Assembly (NCBI GenBank): GCA_001179505.1
Contig: CDMY01000327.1
Span: forward strand, 55,525 to 119,524
Reading direction: 5' to 3'
Length of the DNA: 64,000 nt
Source: Vitrella brassicaformis CCMP3155
Lineage: Eukaryota; Protista; Chromerida
A program made the translations under genes and the position numbers. The notes under the pieces were generated by a model that had not been told where the DNA came from, searched no databases, and was given only the letters and a program-made list of their open reading frames with translations. This document shows, piece after piece, positions 50,357 to 63,670 of the stretch. Numbering within the stretch: position 1 is the first letter of the stretch; the number at the start of each line of letters is the position of its first letter.

Positions 50357-51039
50357 ATGAAGGCGTCTGTGTCGTCGCTCACGCGCTGCACAGCCCTTCG
50401 CCAACACCTCACCATGCTTCGGTGCGCACTTGTCCGTCCCGCCCCATCGCTTGCCACAGCAGCTCTCCAGGCATCCCAAGCGGCGTTCGTCCGTCCCATC
50501 AGCACATCCCCCTCCCTCAGGCAGTCGGCTGCAGCTGCCCAGCACTCGTCAACGACTGGTGCTCAGGGGGACAATGATCTGCCGCCCTTCCCTCCCCCTC
50601 TCTATGACGGCGGGGCTCATCAAGGAGCTCACGCGTCGGCTGAGCGGCCCCCTGGCCGATGAGGATGGCAACGTGCCGACCGGCAAGGACCGCCCCACGG
50701 CCATCGAGGTCGAGCTTTGGCCGGAGGGGTGGACGGGTTTCGTTGTCACTCAGGACGAGGGCGGCACGCGGGCACCTACTGCATACACGTGAGCGGGCGG
50801 GGGCGGGATCGACCACGCGGGCGACGCGGGGAATGCACGTGTGCCTTTGGCTTCTTGCATGTGCAGGTAGACAACATACCCGAGTGCGTGCGGCCGTTCT
50901 TCAAGCACAAGAAGGAGCAGTCATACACGGGCTTCACCATGGACGTTTGCTTCAACAGGTGCGTCGCGACCAAAGAAGCATCCCACTGCTCACTCGTGTG
51001 TTGCGTCGTCTGTGTGTTCATAGGATGAGCGGACACTAA
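50357..51039 (+). CDS. Small hypothetical protein with a putative mitochondrial-type presequence (exon structure ambiguous)
   Basis: N-terminus rich in R/A/S/L with no acidic residues ([30 protein letters not shown]); high-GC3 segments [16 protein letters not shown] and [22 protein letters not shown]. Confidence 0.45.
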
Positions 51040-51041
51040 TC

Positions 51042-51079
51042 CAAGGTACGAGGATTCCTGCAAGGTACGAGGATTCCTG
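51042..51079 (+). repeat. Perfect 19-bp tandem duplication just after a stop codon
   Basis: caaggtacgaggattcctg x2. Confidence 0.9.
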
Positions 51080-51090
51080 CATGCTGTGAG

Positions 51091-51121
<31 letters not shown>

Positions 51122-51404
51122 TGTGCGTGTGTAAGCAATCGCTACGGCCAGTCGGCAGATTGCCTTTTCTGAATGGTGAGGATCGGCTGACTGTCATGGG
51201 TGTGTGCGTTTGTTGTGTGGATGTGTGTGGGCATCGGACTGATTGCTTAGGAGTGTGACTACTGATGCATGCACACATGGACACACGGAATCTGCTGTCA
51301 AGGAAATGCACGCGAGTCACTGACATCACATCAATCAGCACCACATGATTGCATGCATCGACCACCAGACCTCCGCGGCCTGTCGCATCCCTCACCCAGA
51401 ATGG

Positions 51405-52711
51405 TCACGTCACTCTGCCCCCCTGGTTGACCTGTCTGATGCTCAAATTGATACGTGTTTTGGCCAGCAGGTCCATCAGGAGGACCACCGTCTCGCAGTT
51501 GAGCTGCAGCAGCGACCTCATGCTCGAACAGGCGAACTTGACAAGGTCGGTGCCGCCACCAGGAACTGATGAATTGGACACACAGACGCACAGACAGGCA
51601 CAAACACACAGACACAGACACATACAGGTCTCTCTGGGTGTCCCTTTTTCTCTCCGTGGGGCTGCCTACCCTCCAATGAGTACGACAACTACTTCATTGA
51701 TCTGTGGGAATCCCTCTCTATGCTCCCCTATGTCGATGGCCCCGCTGCCCACCTCCCGAATATCACTCACGGCCACCACGTCGGGCTCCCGCTCACACCC
51801 GATCGCAGTGATGGCCTCCGCTGCCCGCTCCTCGGTCGTGTTATCTATATAGAGCTCCCGCAAGTTGGGCATCTTGCTGGCAAGCTGGGTGCCGGCCGCC
51901 AATGCCGTGTGCTTGTCGAGAACCAGCTGCGACGGTTGCGGCATCAGCTGGATCCGGTCGATGATGGCGAGGTCAGGGTGGGCGGGGGCGGGGGCGGCCT
52001 GTGCAGGCTGGTCGACACCGAACACATGCACACTCGTGGCCTTGTTGAATGCGAGGTCTCTGGCCATGTCGAGCATCGCAGGTGTGGGCGGGGTGGCGAG
52101 GTCGGCCGACCTGGTGTCCACTGTCACCTGTCTCGCCTGGTCTGCCAGCTGGCGCATGAGGGTCTCGAGGACGGGGGAGGGTGCAGAAGGGAAGAGGGGG
52201 CTGTGCAGGAGGCTCAGGTCCAGGTGAAACCGCGGAGCCGCACTGGTGAAGCTGATGGGGGCGTCCCCGATGCACACCGCGATGACGAATGTCTGCAGGG
52301 CCTCGGCAAACTGGAAAAGCCTTGGGACCACAACCGTCTCGTCGACGAACTTGACCTTCAGCGACTTGAGGGACCGACGACAGCCTCGTGCCTCGAGAAC
52401 CGACCCCAGCTCCTGAGGAAGGAAATGACATAGGTCAGTGTCATTGCAGCTGTTGTCCGTTGTGTGTCTGTCTGCCTGCTGACCTGCAATCGGGTACACC
52501 ATACCGTGAACCCCTGTTGATCCAGCATCAGGTAGCTGGACACCTCCATCGGCCCGATATCCTCCAAGTTCGCCAGCGGCCCCGGCTGTCCCTCCTCTGC
52601 AGCAACGGGCACCTGCTTCAGCACCTCGGCCTTCTGGTCGACCGTCGAGGGCACGTCGAACACCCTCGACTGATGGATCAAACGAAACGATGTGCCGGTC
52701 GTGCCAGCCAT
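51405..52711 (-). CDS. Member of a lineage-specific (chromerid-type) expanded family, probably 5'-truncated
   Basis: High-GC3 exons GQPGPLANLEDIG..|ELGSVLEARGCRRSLKSLKV..MLDMARDLAFNKATSVHV..LASKMPNLRELYID (LRR-like tail). The ATG sits directly behind a splice acceptor. Confidence 0.55.
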
Positions 52712-53232
52712 CTGCACACACCACACGTCCACAGCAGATGAATGAATGAGTGAAGGCGCTCAGCTGGCGGGTGAGTTCAGTGACACCTGATACGTTCGTT
52801 CTCAACGGTGCGATGAAGCTATTTCTCGAGAGGTAGAAACATCAGCGGCCCTCTCCAGAACAACCAGCCCGACTGGCCGCTCGGGTGCTGAATGACTAGC
52901 ACATAGGCGGCGGGCGGGGTGGAAAGCGGAGTTTGTGAGCCGCTTGCCGAGCGAGAGTGAGTCACAGCCTCTTCATCGCAGCCTGCAGCACACGCAACCA
53001 GGCAGACAATCCATCACCGCGGCATCATCGCCTCCTCTCTCTCATCGCACCTTATCGAGAGAGGCGGAAGAGAACACACGCTTTATCGTTCATTCTTTCA
53101 TTCCTTCGTTAGATGGATCCGCATACGGAAAGCGTATGATCCGCATAGGAGGTTTGTCCCCTCCACACGTAACCCACATAGAGAGATCTTTGCCAAGCTC
53201 GCAGCAGCCAGGCCAGAGGGAGGAGAAGCAAA

Positions 53233-55254
53233 ATGGTTCCGTCTCCGCACGATGATGAGCGCGCCAGTCGGCAGCATGATCTGATTGTCTGGGGAGCAAC
53301 TGGCTTCACAGGTCTGGTCAAAGATGTGCACACTCGCACTGATCTGCTTGAGAATGGCTGCGTTTGCCGGCTGCAGGCAAGCTCCTCAGTAACTATCTCG
53401 CCGAGAACTACGGTCCGTCAGGCCATTCTGTGAAGTACGCGCTCGGAGGAAGATCAGAGGCCAAGCTCACCAAGCTGCGAGAGGACCTGGCGCAGGAGAC
53501 GGCAGACAAGAGGTTCCTGGACACGCCTCTCGTGATCGGCAATGCGGGATCTGAGGAATCGATGCAACGGCTCGCGAAGCAGACAAGAGTGGTGGCCTCC
53601 CTCGTGGGCCCCTTCGAAAAGTCTGGAGAGGTCAGTGGAGTGGAGGCAGCGCAGAGATGCACAGGTCCTGTGTTCATTCGGCTGCCTGGCTTCTGTCTGT
53701 CAGAACCTTGTCAAGGCGTGTGCCGAAGCGGGCACCCACTACGTCGATATCACTGCCGAGTACCCATTCATGCGGAGGATGATTGTCAAGGTGATCTAGC
53801 TAGCTGGACAGCCGTCCGACCGAACTTAGACAGACAGATGAATCGATGGATGTACCGTCTCTCTGTGTGTGTCCAGTACTCGTCGCTGGCTGAGGAGAAT
53901 GGGGCCAAAATAGTCCACGCGTGCGGCTTCGACTCGGTGCCGTCCGACATGGGCACCTTCATGGTGAGTCAGCCACACACAACCACACGCAGACCACACC
54001 CACCCTACAGATGGCGGCCAGCGGTATCTATCTGCTTTTGCTCTTGTCAGGTGCAAGCATACGCCAAGGAGCACTTCGGCCACCCGTGTCAGCGAATCCG
54101 CTACGGCCTGACACGTCTGATTGGGCTTGTTTCTGGCGGCACCGTTCACTCTCTGATAGAGCTGTTCAGCTTCCCGCTGGCGGTGCGGCAAGTGCGCAAC
54201 GAGGACACGTACCTGGTCGACCCCATGACCATCGAGGAGAGTGTCACCCAAGAGACCATGAAGTGGGCTGGGCCAAGCACAGCACGGACACGACACAAAG
54301 CAAATGAATCAATCGAGATGAATGAAATCCGCCTACATGGTTGCGTTGCGTTTTCAGGCTCAGTGGATGGATGCTGTGTCGCGAAGAGTGCGCGTGGGAT
54401 CCCAACTTCGGTGCATACGCAGCTCCCTTCATCATGGCCCCAACCAACACCAAGATCGTCAAGTGAGGCCAACCCAACCACTGCCACACCGTGTGTCGGG
54501 CGGGCTTATGCAGACAGGACAGAAAACGTGGTCTTTCTTCTGTCAGGCGCACTGCGGCGTTGCTGCCGACTGTGTACGGCTCGGAATTCGACTATGGCGA
54601 GTGTCTGGCAGTGCGAAACATGATCGTCGCCCGCCTCTTCGCGTGGTTCACCCTCCTGTGCGAGGCTGTCTTGATTGCCTTCCCAGCTGCCAGATGGATC
54701 GTCAAGGCCCTCTTGCGGCCAGGTGGGGCGACAGTTGCCAGCCGGCATGCATCATATCCTCCTCTGGATCTTCCTCATGTCGTTCCTTCTCTTCCGGTGT
54801 CTGTCTGTTGGCCAGGTTGGGGCCCTCCCGCCTTCATCCGCCGGCTGTGCTGCTTCGCTGGCGACATTGTGGGCACTGTCAGAGATGGGGTCGGCAAGTA
54901 CCACAAAATCACGGGGCGAGTCGGCATCAACGAGGACCCCGGCTACGATGGGGTGCGCACGCAGAACGAAAAAATGACTGCTTTGTTCGTTTACACTACA
55001 CGCGTGTTCCGTCCGCATCTGTCCGTCAGACGGCCAAGATGCTGTGTGAAAGTGCGCTGTGCGCTGCCCTCGACGCACCGACCATTCCATCCACCTGCGG
55101 GGTGCTGACTCCCGCCGTAGCCTTCGGCCCCACACTGATCAAGCGACTCAAGAAGACCGGCATGACATTTGAGGTGGCGGCGACCGAGATGGACGCCGCT
55201 GAGAGCACCGACATGGGCTCGGACACCAAGAGATCTGACGACTCACTGGTCTGA
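53233..55254 (+). CDS. SCCPDH: Saccharopine dehydrogenase-like oxidoreductase
   Basis: HDLIVWGATGFTG Rossmann motif, ALGGRS..KL, VGPF..G..LVKACAEAGTHYVDITAE, HACGFDSVPSDMG, DPGY..TAKMLCESALC, TPAVAFG..LIKRL. Confidence 0.9.
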
Positions 55255-56546
55255 GGGGAAGGGGCCACATTTCATTCATGGGGCTGTGTTCCTTCCCTTC
55301 CTTGACATGATGTGTAGTGCATGATTTGGTCGCGTGTGAATGTGCAGTGCATGCTTAGTCAGCTAGTGTGTATACGTACGTATGGTGTGAAAATGTGTGT
55401 ATCTAAGTACGTTGCTTACGTGTACTGGTGTGTGTTGCGGTGCGGTGCATGTGTGCAGACAGCCAGGCGGGCTGTTCACCATCGCGCACAGCGCAAGTGA
55501 TGTGACGGCAACCGGTACGCCACGCACGCCTCCTTGTGCAGGTGTAGGTAGTTTTAGCTAGCTAGCTACGGATAATGAGAGAGAATTGGTGCACTCACTG
55601 CACGAACTGGCTCACTAGGTGCTTGATGTGATGGATGTGTGTCTCTTGTCTGTCTATTGCCCCCCCGTCTGTCTGTCTGTCTGTCTGTCCTGCCTGCTCT
55701 TTTTAGTTCTCGAGCTTTTTCAAGACCCTGCCGCCTTCTGTCTGTTTGCGCCCCGACGGCCTCCATGTCATGTGTCGATATGCGACCGAAACGACAGAGA
55801 GGGACGGCCTAATTGGCCACCCATGGATGTCGTGACTGATTTTCGTCCCTCTCTTGTATCTGTCTGTCCGTCTTTCTGTCGGGATTCTTGGCGGTCGGTT
55901 GGTCGCTCTGTTTTTTCTTCTTCTTCTTCTTCTTCTTCTTCTCTTCTTCTTCTTGAGCGGCGTTTGCATCAGGTCCTCTTCCCTTTAAGCATCTTGTGTC
56001 TGCGTGTCTGGCTGTGGCTCTCGCCGAGAATATGCCTTGCGCCATATACTGACCTGCGCAAACTCGGCGCTGTGGGCTGCTACTGCCATGTTATGTTGTG
56101 TCGTCGGGAGGGAGAGAAGTGGGTTGGTCGATTCGACTGTAGTAAGTTCATCAAGGGTGTCGCATGGTAGTGAGTGGATCGGACAATAATTGTCGACTCG
56201 ACCTCTGAGAAGGCTGGCTCTGCGCCCTTGACATGTAGCCCTCAGTCATAAAGCCTTCCTCATGTGTTTGCTACGTGTCGAAAAACTCTGTCTCAGGCAA
56301 GTGCTTGAGCAAACACCACTGCACGCCACGCCACGCCACGCCACGCCACATGCCGGCAAACCTCTGTTGTCCGCATCATCATCACCAACACACAGTCCTA
56401 ACTGACTACATGGTGCAAACCACAACCCGTCTATCAATCTATCTGTCTATCTGCCTGTGGCAGCATTGCAATGCAGGCGGAACCCGCATACGAGCCAGGC
56501 AGCCCCCCCACTCCACTCCACCACACTGCAGCGCACGTTGCCTGCT

Positions 56547-57796
56547 TCAGGCAAGCTGCGAGTTGACGAAGTCCCAATTGATGGAATCGAAGAACGCTGA
56601 AGAGAAATAAGGCAACGAAATCGATTGGTTCCAGGAAGCAAAGCCTTGCGTTTCGTGGGGTGCGGTGCGGTGCGGTGCGGTGCGGTTGTCTGACTCACCG
56701 TTGATGTAGTTGGGTCTGGCGTTGCGGAAGTCGATGTAGTAGGCGTGCTCCCAGACATCAATCACCATCACGGGCTTGTCGCCGCCATCACTGCACAGCA
56801 CACACCACACCAACAGGCGAGGCGTACAGATGAGCTGAGCTTCTTCGTGTCCGCTCTGTCATCTCACCGGACAGGATTTGCAGCATCGTGTCCATCGACG
56901 ATGTTGAGTTTGCCGTCAGCCCCCTGCACCAGCCACACCCAGCCGCTGCCGAAGTGCCCCGCAGCCCGAGCGCTGAACTGCTCCTTGAAGGCCTCGAAGC
57001 TGCCGAACGCCTCGTTGATCTTCTGTGCGATGGGGCCGGTGGGCGTCCCGCCGCCGTTGGGCTTCAAGCAGTTCCAATAGAAGTTGTGGTTCCAGATCTG
57101 AGCCGCGTTGTTGAACACAGCACCGTCGGATTTCTTGACCACGTCTGTGTAGAAGGTCACGGAGAGGGAGAGGGCCGTGTGTGGATGGTTTGACGATGAT
57201 ATGATGCGAGTGTTGCCTACCTTCCAGTGACATGGCTGCAATCTCGGGCTTTTCCTTGGCGATGCCTGCAATGAATGGCAAGGGAGGCATAGATAGCTCC
57301 GCACACAGGCTGTCATGAGACTTGATCAATCACCATCCCCTCACCATTGAGCTTCCGCACATATGTGGCGTGGTGCTTGCCGTAGTGGTAGGCGATGGTC
57401 TCCTTCGAAATGCCGCCCAGCGACATTGGATCCTGGGGGACCACGGCAAAAGACAAGCACCACATCCAGTGCTCCCGCCGGCGCACTGTCGGGTCGGTCG
57501 CTTACCCATGGGAGGGGCGGGAGGCTGAATGGCTTGGCGTTGAGGACATCGGTGACGCCGAACTCCTCATACACGCTGGGCTTCACACTCGTCGCAGTGG
57601 CCAGCAGACGACTGCTGCCGGGACGGCCGCCGCGGACCGACGGCACACCCGAGACAAACGCAGGCTCGAGATGCTTGCAGAAACCTGCACATCACAGCAA
57701 CAGACACATGCATCTGCGTCAGCGCCTCGTGTATGTATCGGCCATCTGCTTCTTACAGGGGGCGACAAGCGCAAGGAGAACGCCGAACTTCAGCAT
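56547..57796 (-). CDS. SOD: Fe superoxide dismutase with a bipartite (signal + transit) leader, probably plastid-targeted
   Basis: [32 protein letters not shown] (Fe-type Gln), [26 protein letters not shown]. Spliced leader [43 protein letters not shown]. Confidence 0.92.
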
Positions 57797-58145
57797 CTTT
57801 GTGTCTGAGAAGAGCGAAGTCGGTGGGCTTCCAGAGTCCTCGAAAATCAGTTACAGGCCTATGAAAAGCCTAGAAAATCAAGCCTCGGGGGTGGCAGATC
57901 TGAACCAGTGGCCGCAACCGATCCGCCGCGCTTGCGAGCTTCTCGTCAGATCTGGCACGGATGGAGTGTTGAAGGGATCTGAGGACGGTAGGCAGGGCGA
58001 CAGCAAGGCAGTGGAGCAAGGAGAAGCAGCCAGACGAAAAGCCAGTCCAGGAGCACTTCACCTCTCCGTGCGTGTGGGTTGCTGTCTTGGCACTTGCCAG
58101 GCTGCCTCCTCGTGATTGTCGTCTGTGTGTTCGCGTGTGACCAAG

Positions 58146-59474
58146 ATGGCGCAGCCGGAGCTGACGCAGAAGCAGGATGACATCTGCAAGATGCTCGCGT
58201 GCAAGGTCCGTGAGTGACCAGATCAGGGGAGAGGGGGCATCCCCACGCCACGCCACCATTTGTGTGTGACTGATGTGTGTCAGACCCATTTGGGTACACG
58301 CAATATCCACCACCAGATGAAGCGTTACGTCTACAAGCGCACCAACGAGGGCGTGCACATCATCAACCTGGGCAAGACGTGGGAGAAGCTCATGGTGGCC
58401 GCCAAGGTCATCGTCGCCATTGAGAACCCCGCTGACGTCGTGGTGGTGTCCGCACGACCCTACGGTCAAAGGGCCATCTTCAAGTTCGCCCAGCACACCG
58501 GTGCTCAGAGCGTCAGCGGCAGATGGACACCCGGAGCACTCACCAACCAAATCACACAAAAGTAAGCAAAGGTCAGGTCCACCACACCACACACTGTGGA
58601 TGACAGACGGGGGAAGGAAACCGAATGTGTGTCGTGTGTGATGTGTTTGAACAGGTTTATGGAGCCTCGTCTGTTGATCGTGACTGACCCGCTGGTGGAC
58701 ATGCAGGCTGTGCGTGAGTCGGCGTACGCCAACATCCCGGTGATAGCCTTCTGCGACACCGACTCGCCACTCTCGCACGTCGACATCGCCATACCGGCCA
58801 ACAACAGGGTAAGTCAGCAAAGCAAACAACACACCACGACACGGGCCTACGTTCGACTGCTGTGTGCGTCACTCACTATGTGCTATGTTAAGGGCAAGGA
58901 GTCGATTGCGCTGCTGTACTGGCTTCTGGCCCGTGAGGTCCTCTACCTCCGCGGACAGATCCCCAGGTCAGCCGACATCGGACCGACCAACCGACCTCCC
59001 CTCCTCTCCTACGTATGGTCTGTCTGGTTTTTCCCCTCCTTGGCTGGCTATTCTCAGGGGCCAGCAGTGGGACGTGATGGTGGACATGTTCTTCTGGCGC
59101 GACCCCGAGGAGTTTGAAAAGAAGGAAGAGGTCCGCCGCAAAGCACTCTGGCTGCCCACCTACCGACCTTCCTCCCCTTCCCCTCATCATGACTGCGTAT
59201 GTGCGTATGTGTGGCTGCCTTGCCTTGCGTTGCGTTGCAGGAGGAGGCGGAGATCCCGGGTGCTGCTGATTGGGCTGCGGCCCCCGCTGAGGAGTGGCAC
59301 GGCGAGACCGCACAGGAGTGGGGCGGCACTGGAGCCGAGCAGTGGACAGGCGCAGCCGGAGAGGAATGGGCAGCCACTGGAACGGGTACCTACTTGTGAC
59401 ACACACAGCGACACGACACGTGGATGTGTGTGCGTGTCCTCTGTGCAGCCCAGGAGGGGGCTGGCGACTGGTGA
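58146..59474 (+). CDS. RPSA: 40S ribosomal protein SA (uS2)
   Basis: [101 protein letters not shown], and a Trp-repeat acidic tail. Confidence 0.98.
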
Positions 59475-60099
59475 ATGGCCTGGCCAACCCAAGACACCAA
59501 CCTACCTACCGGAGGAGCCTCCATCGTGCGTGCTGGTGGAGAGTGTGGTGCATTCGTGTGCTAGCTAGAACGAGTGGTGCGATGCATGCCGTGCAGTATG
59601 ATGTGACGGCTGTATCTATCGTGCCATTCGGGTGCTGGCAGACACGGTGCGGTGCATGCGATGGATGCGTGGATACATGCTTGCTTGCGTGGTGCGTGGC
59701 GACCGATCGGTTCATTCATGGTGGGTGCTGATGGTGGGACTTTCATTCGCTTCATGCATCGCATCATCATGAGATTTCAGCAGCGGGATGGAATGCATGG
59801 CCAGCAGGTCAACGTACAACTCACCCACACACACGCGACATGGGCACACACTCGTGAGCATTGTGTTGGCTGCGGCTGAATTGAAAGCAGTCCCGTCCTG
59901 TCCACTTGGCAGGGAGGATGGCCTTGTTTGACCGGAGAGCTGATTCACCCACTCATACATGCAGGCAGGCAGGCAGGCAGGCGGGAAGGACAGCCAGCAG
60001 TCTCCTCCCCTCTCAAAAATCCATCCACGCCATGAAGACAGGCAGGCAACCAGGCACGAAGACATGCACAGGTGGGTATCACATCGACGGGTGCGATTT

Positions 60100-63000
60100 C
60101 TACCCCAACAGGGCCTTGACGACCGTATTCACCTGCACACCGCCACAGCAAACACGTCCGATGGGATGGATGACATAGGCAGAAGCGCCCTGAAGAGGAG
60201 GGTAGCTTGGCTTGGCTTACATTGAGTTTGCGCAGGTGAGTGTATTTCTGCCCCGTGCCGACGAAGATGACAGGCTGGCCGGTGATATACACCATCGACA
60301 ACGCCGCACCAACCTAATTAAACTCACACGCACGAGGATTGTGGACGTCATGTCACGCAAGTGGGATCGATGTGTTGTTGGCCAGGCGGTGGTAGGGTAC
60401 CTTACCTTATCATCGACTGTGTCGAATTTAGTGAGTAGGATTCCATCGATGGTGCGGACCTTCGATGTCTGCAACGCAACGCAAACCAGAGAAGACAGCC
60501 CAGTGTGCCATACTCGTGCAGTGCAGTGCAGCCGAGTGTGTGGTTCTCCTTGGCCTCTACTGACATGGGACATATCCACAAGGCACTGATTGAACTTCTG
60601 CAGCTGGTCTACGGCATCGTTGCCGACGAGAGCCTCACCTACACACACGCGCGTGGAGTGCAGGTCAGGTGTGTGGTCTGGGGTGAGTCTTCTGGCCGGT
60701 TAGGTTGTGTTGTATTGTGTTGAAATCACTGACTGACCGACGAATAGGATGAGGTTGGGGTTGTTGACGGCCACGAGTTTGGCGAGGGCTCTCATGAGGG
60801 GTTCGTTGTCCTGCATCCGACCCGCCGTGTCAATCAGCACCACATCGTATCCCTCATTGCCAGCCTGCCGGTCAGGGCCCGTCACACACAGGGGGGGTGC
60901 AGTGAGGGCATCAAGTAACTAAGTGGACTGCTTCCTCGTGTACGCCGTGTCGTGTGCGCGAACCGTTTGTATGGCTTCCTTTGCGATGAATGCGGCATCC
61001 TTGCCGTAACCGCGCTCGAACAAGTCCACCTCCAAACAACTGATTTCACATCACAGTCAGAGAGGGAAACGGCGTGTTCTTGTCACCTCCTCCCTCGTGT
61101 GTACTAGACATAATCTCTTACCGTGCGTGTGTGCGGAGCTGTTCGACGGCCCCCGCTCTGAATGTGTCACAGGCTGCGATCATGACCTTCAGCCCGCCCT
61201 TCTGCAGATACCATTCGAAGATGCAGTCAGTGACACGTACAGAGACAAATACGGCCAGATGCACTCACTGCTGACCGTGTGTCCGCCTGGTCTGTCTGCA
61301 TGTGTGTGTGTAAAGGTACGTACGTGTTTGAGGTAGTAGCAGACTTTGGCAAGGTTGGTCGACTTGCCCACACCATTCACACCCTGCACAGGAAGCAGGC
61401 AAGGAAGCAAGGAAGGATCGTGACACACGAGGAGGGAGGGAGGGAGGCAGGCAGGTCCTGGCCGCGTGTGGGCCGGGCCGGCTGCTGTGTGTACTCTACC
61501 ATCCCCCTGGATTACTGACCAGAAATACGATCGAGTACACCCGGCCCTGTGCCTTGGCCTCCAACGCGGCACGCAACACATCCACCGACCTTCACAAAAC
61601 AAACGACACACCAGAGGCACGATCAGTGCAGGTCAGGTCGATTATAGCCACCCGTTTCTTTCGTCTCTGGTTAATTACTTTTTGGGCGTCAGGATGCGCT
61701 GCACGGCCTCGGTGAGTGCCTTCTTGACGGTGGCTCGCACAGTGGTGAATCTCTCGGTGCGCTGGCCGATGAGTGAGGTCTTGACGGACTGTGCGAGTTT
61801 CTCAGCGATGTCAGTGGCGACGTTCTTGGCCATGAGGTTGGTCTTGAAGTCCACCAACACCGTATTGATGTCCTCGTCCGTCAACACCTTGTTGCCTGCA
61901 GTGCACAAGGCAGCAGGGGAGCAGAGCGATGGATGGTGCGATGCAGTCAAGCACTGAGTGTGGGTGGATGGGCGGCTGGATGGATGGGGGTGTGCGTACC
62001 GGTAATGTTTTGCACCGAGTCCGTGAGTCGCTTGAAGAGGCCGCCGATGGCGCCTGACGCCGCCTTGGTGCCGCTGTCGCCCTCCTCCTCTTCCTCCTCG
62101 TCAGAGGCAAGGGGATCTGGGCGAACCACACATACACACGAGGGAAAGCATTCGTATGCACATGTGCATGTGTTAGTGGGGTGTGTGTGTGTGTGTGTAT
62201 GTGTGTGTGTGTGGTTGAATATGTCTGACCGTCATTGTCGTCTGCTTCGTCCATTTCCATTTCGGCGTCGTCGTCAATGTATGCGGAGCGGTCGACGGCC
62301 CCCACGGCCACCGGCTTGCCTGTGTCGACTCCCTCCTCGTCCTTGCCCTTGAGCGAGTAGTCCAGGGCCCGCATGTTCTGACTCGTCACCTTCTGCTCGC
62401 TCCAGAACCGGGGGGCTTTCTGCACCACACCACACCACACCCAGCCCAGCGACACAATCAATCAAGGGGAGAAGGGGCATATCATTCGTGCGCAGTGCTG
62501 CCGTGTGCTGCCGAAGTGTACGTCCGTTCGTTTGCGTGTGTCTTGTCTACCTTCTTGCCCTTCTTGCCCTCCTGCGGCGAGTCCCCCTCGCCCCCCTCCT
62601 GCCCCTTGTCCTGCTTGCCCGTGTCAGCAGACCCTGCAATCCAATCACACACGCACCACAGACAAACCAACCCATAATAAGGTGGGGTGGCCATTGCATT
62701 GCCGGGGGAAATGCTCACCCTTCTTGCCCCCGCCCTTGATGCGTGCCATCATTTTCTTGCGGTTCTCGGCCATGATGGCCTCCTTGCTCATGCCGTCAGT
62801 GCCCTGCTGCTGCTTGTCATCCCCGTGGTCGTCCCCCTTTCCCCCATTGCCGTTGTGTGTGGTGCCGTCATCGTCGTCGCCCTCCTCCTCCTCCTCCTCC
62901 TCACCTTTGGCGCCACCGCCACCGGCCTTCTTTTTGCTGTCCTTCTTGGTGGCCGCCTTGCCCTTCTTGGTCTCACAGAAACTACGCATCACTGACCACG

Positions 63001-63670
63001 GGCAGACAGAAGAACAGCGGTGTGTTTCATCGGCATGTGTGTAACAGCTCTACGCACCTGTGGTCCTCTTGATCTCCTTGGCCTTCGTTTCGCAGTCCTG
63101 GAGGATCTTCATGAACTTGGCCTCAAACGCAACCTTGCGGCAACTCAGATTCACCTTGCCTGGCGGGTACACCGACACCCATCAAATCACACACAGGTCA
63201 GCCAGCCGCCCTATGCCGCGTGTGCGTGTGTTTCGCTCGTGCGCTGGTTGCCTTGCCGCTCACCCCACCTCCGATGTGTTCGATGAATGCGGTCTTGACG
63301 GAGTCGAGTAGTGCGTCGATGTAGAGGAGGTTCTGGATGCCCTGGTAGACGACCACAAACACCAGCTCCAGCTCGTTGACCAACTTCCACTTGACGTTGT
63401 AGGGATCCAGACGCACCACACTCTCGCCAGTGCGCTCCTGTCAGTCAGTCAGTCAACAATCACACAGAGGCTCACTCACCGGTGTCATGTTCTTGCTGCA
63501 GTGTGCAGATCTCTCTTCGTCTGGTGTGTGTTGGGTGGTCTTGTCTGTTCACTCACCTCAAGGAGGACGGTTTTGATGAGCTGGTTGATCGGGTCTCCTT
63601 TGAGCTTGATGAAACAGTACGACCACAGCACCACACCGCCATTCGTGAAGATGGTGATGGCGTCTATCAT
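60100..63670 (-). CDS. SRPRA: Signal recognition particle receptor alpha subunit
   Basis: N-terminal SRX/longin [17 protein letters not shown]; GTPase [73 protein letters not shown]; stop at 60100-60102. Confidence 0.97.

Noticed and set aside
50660-50662. In-frame TGA as possible selenocysteine or readthrough
   Set aside because: Codon usage shows another frame is coding there; no SECIS-like element recognised.
58146-59474. Intronic snoRNAs in RPSA
   Set aside because: Introns are short and show no convincing C/D or H/ACA boxes.
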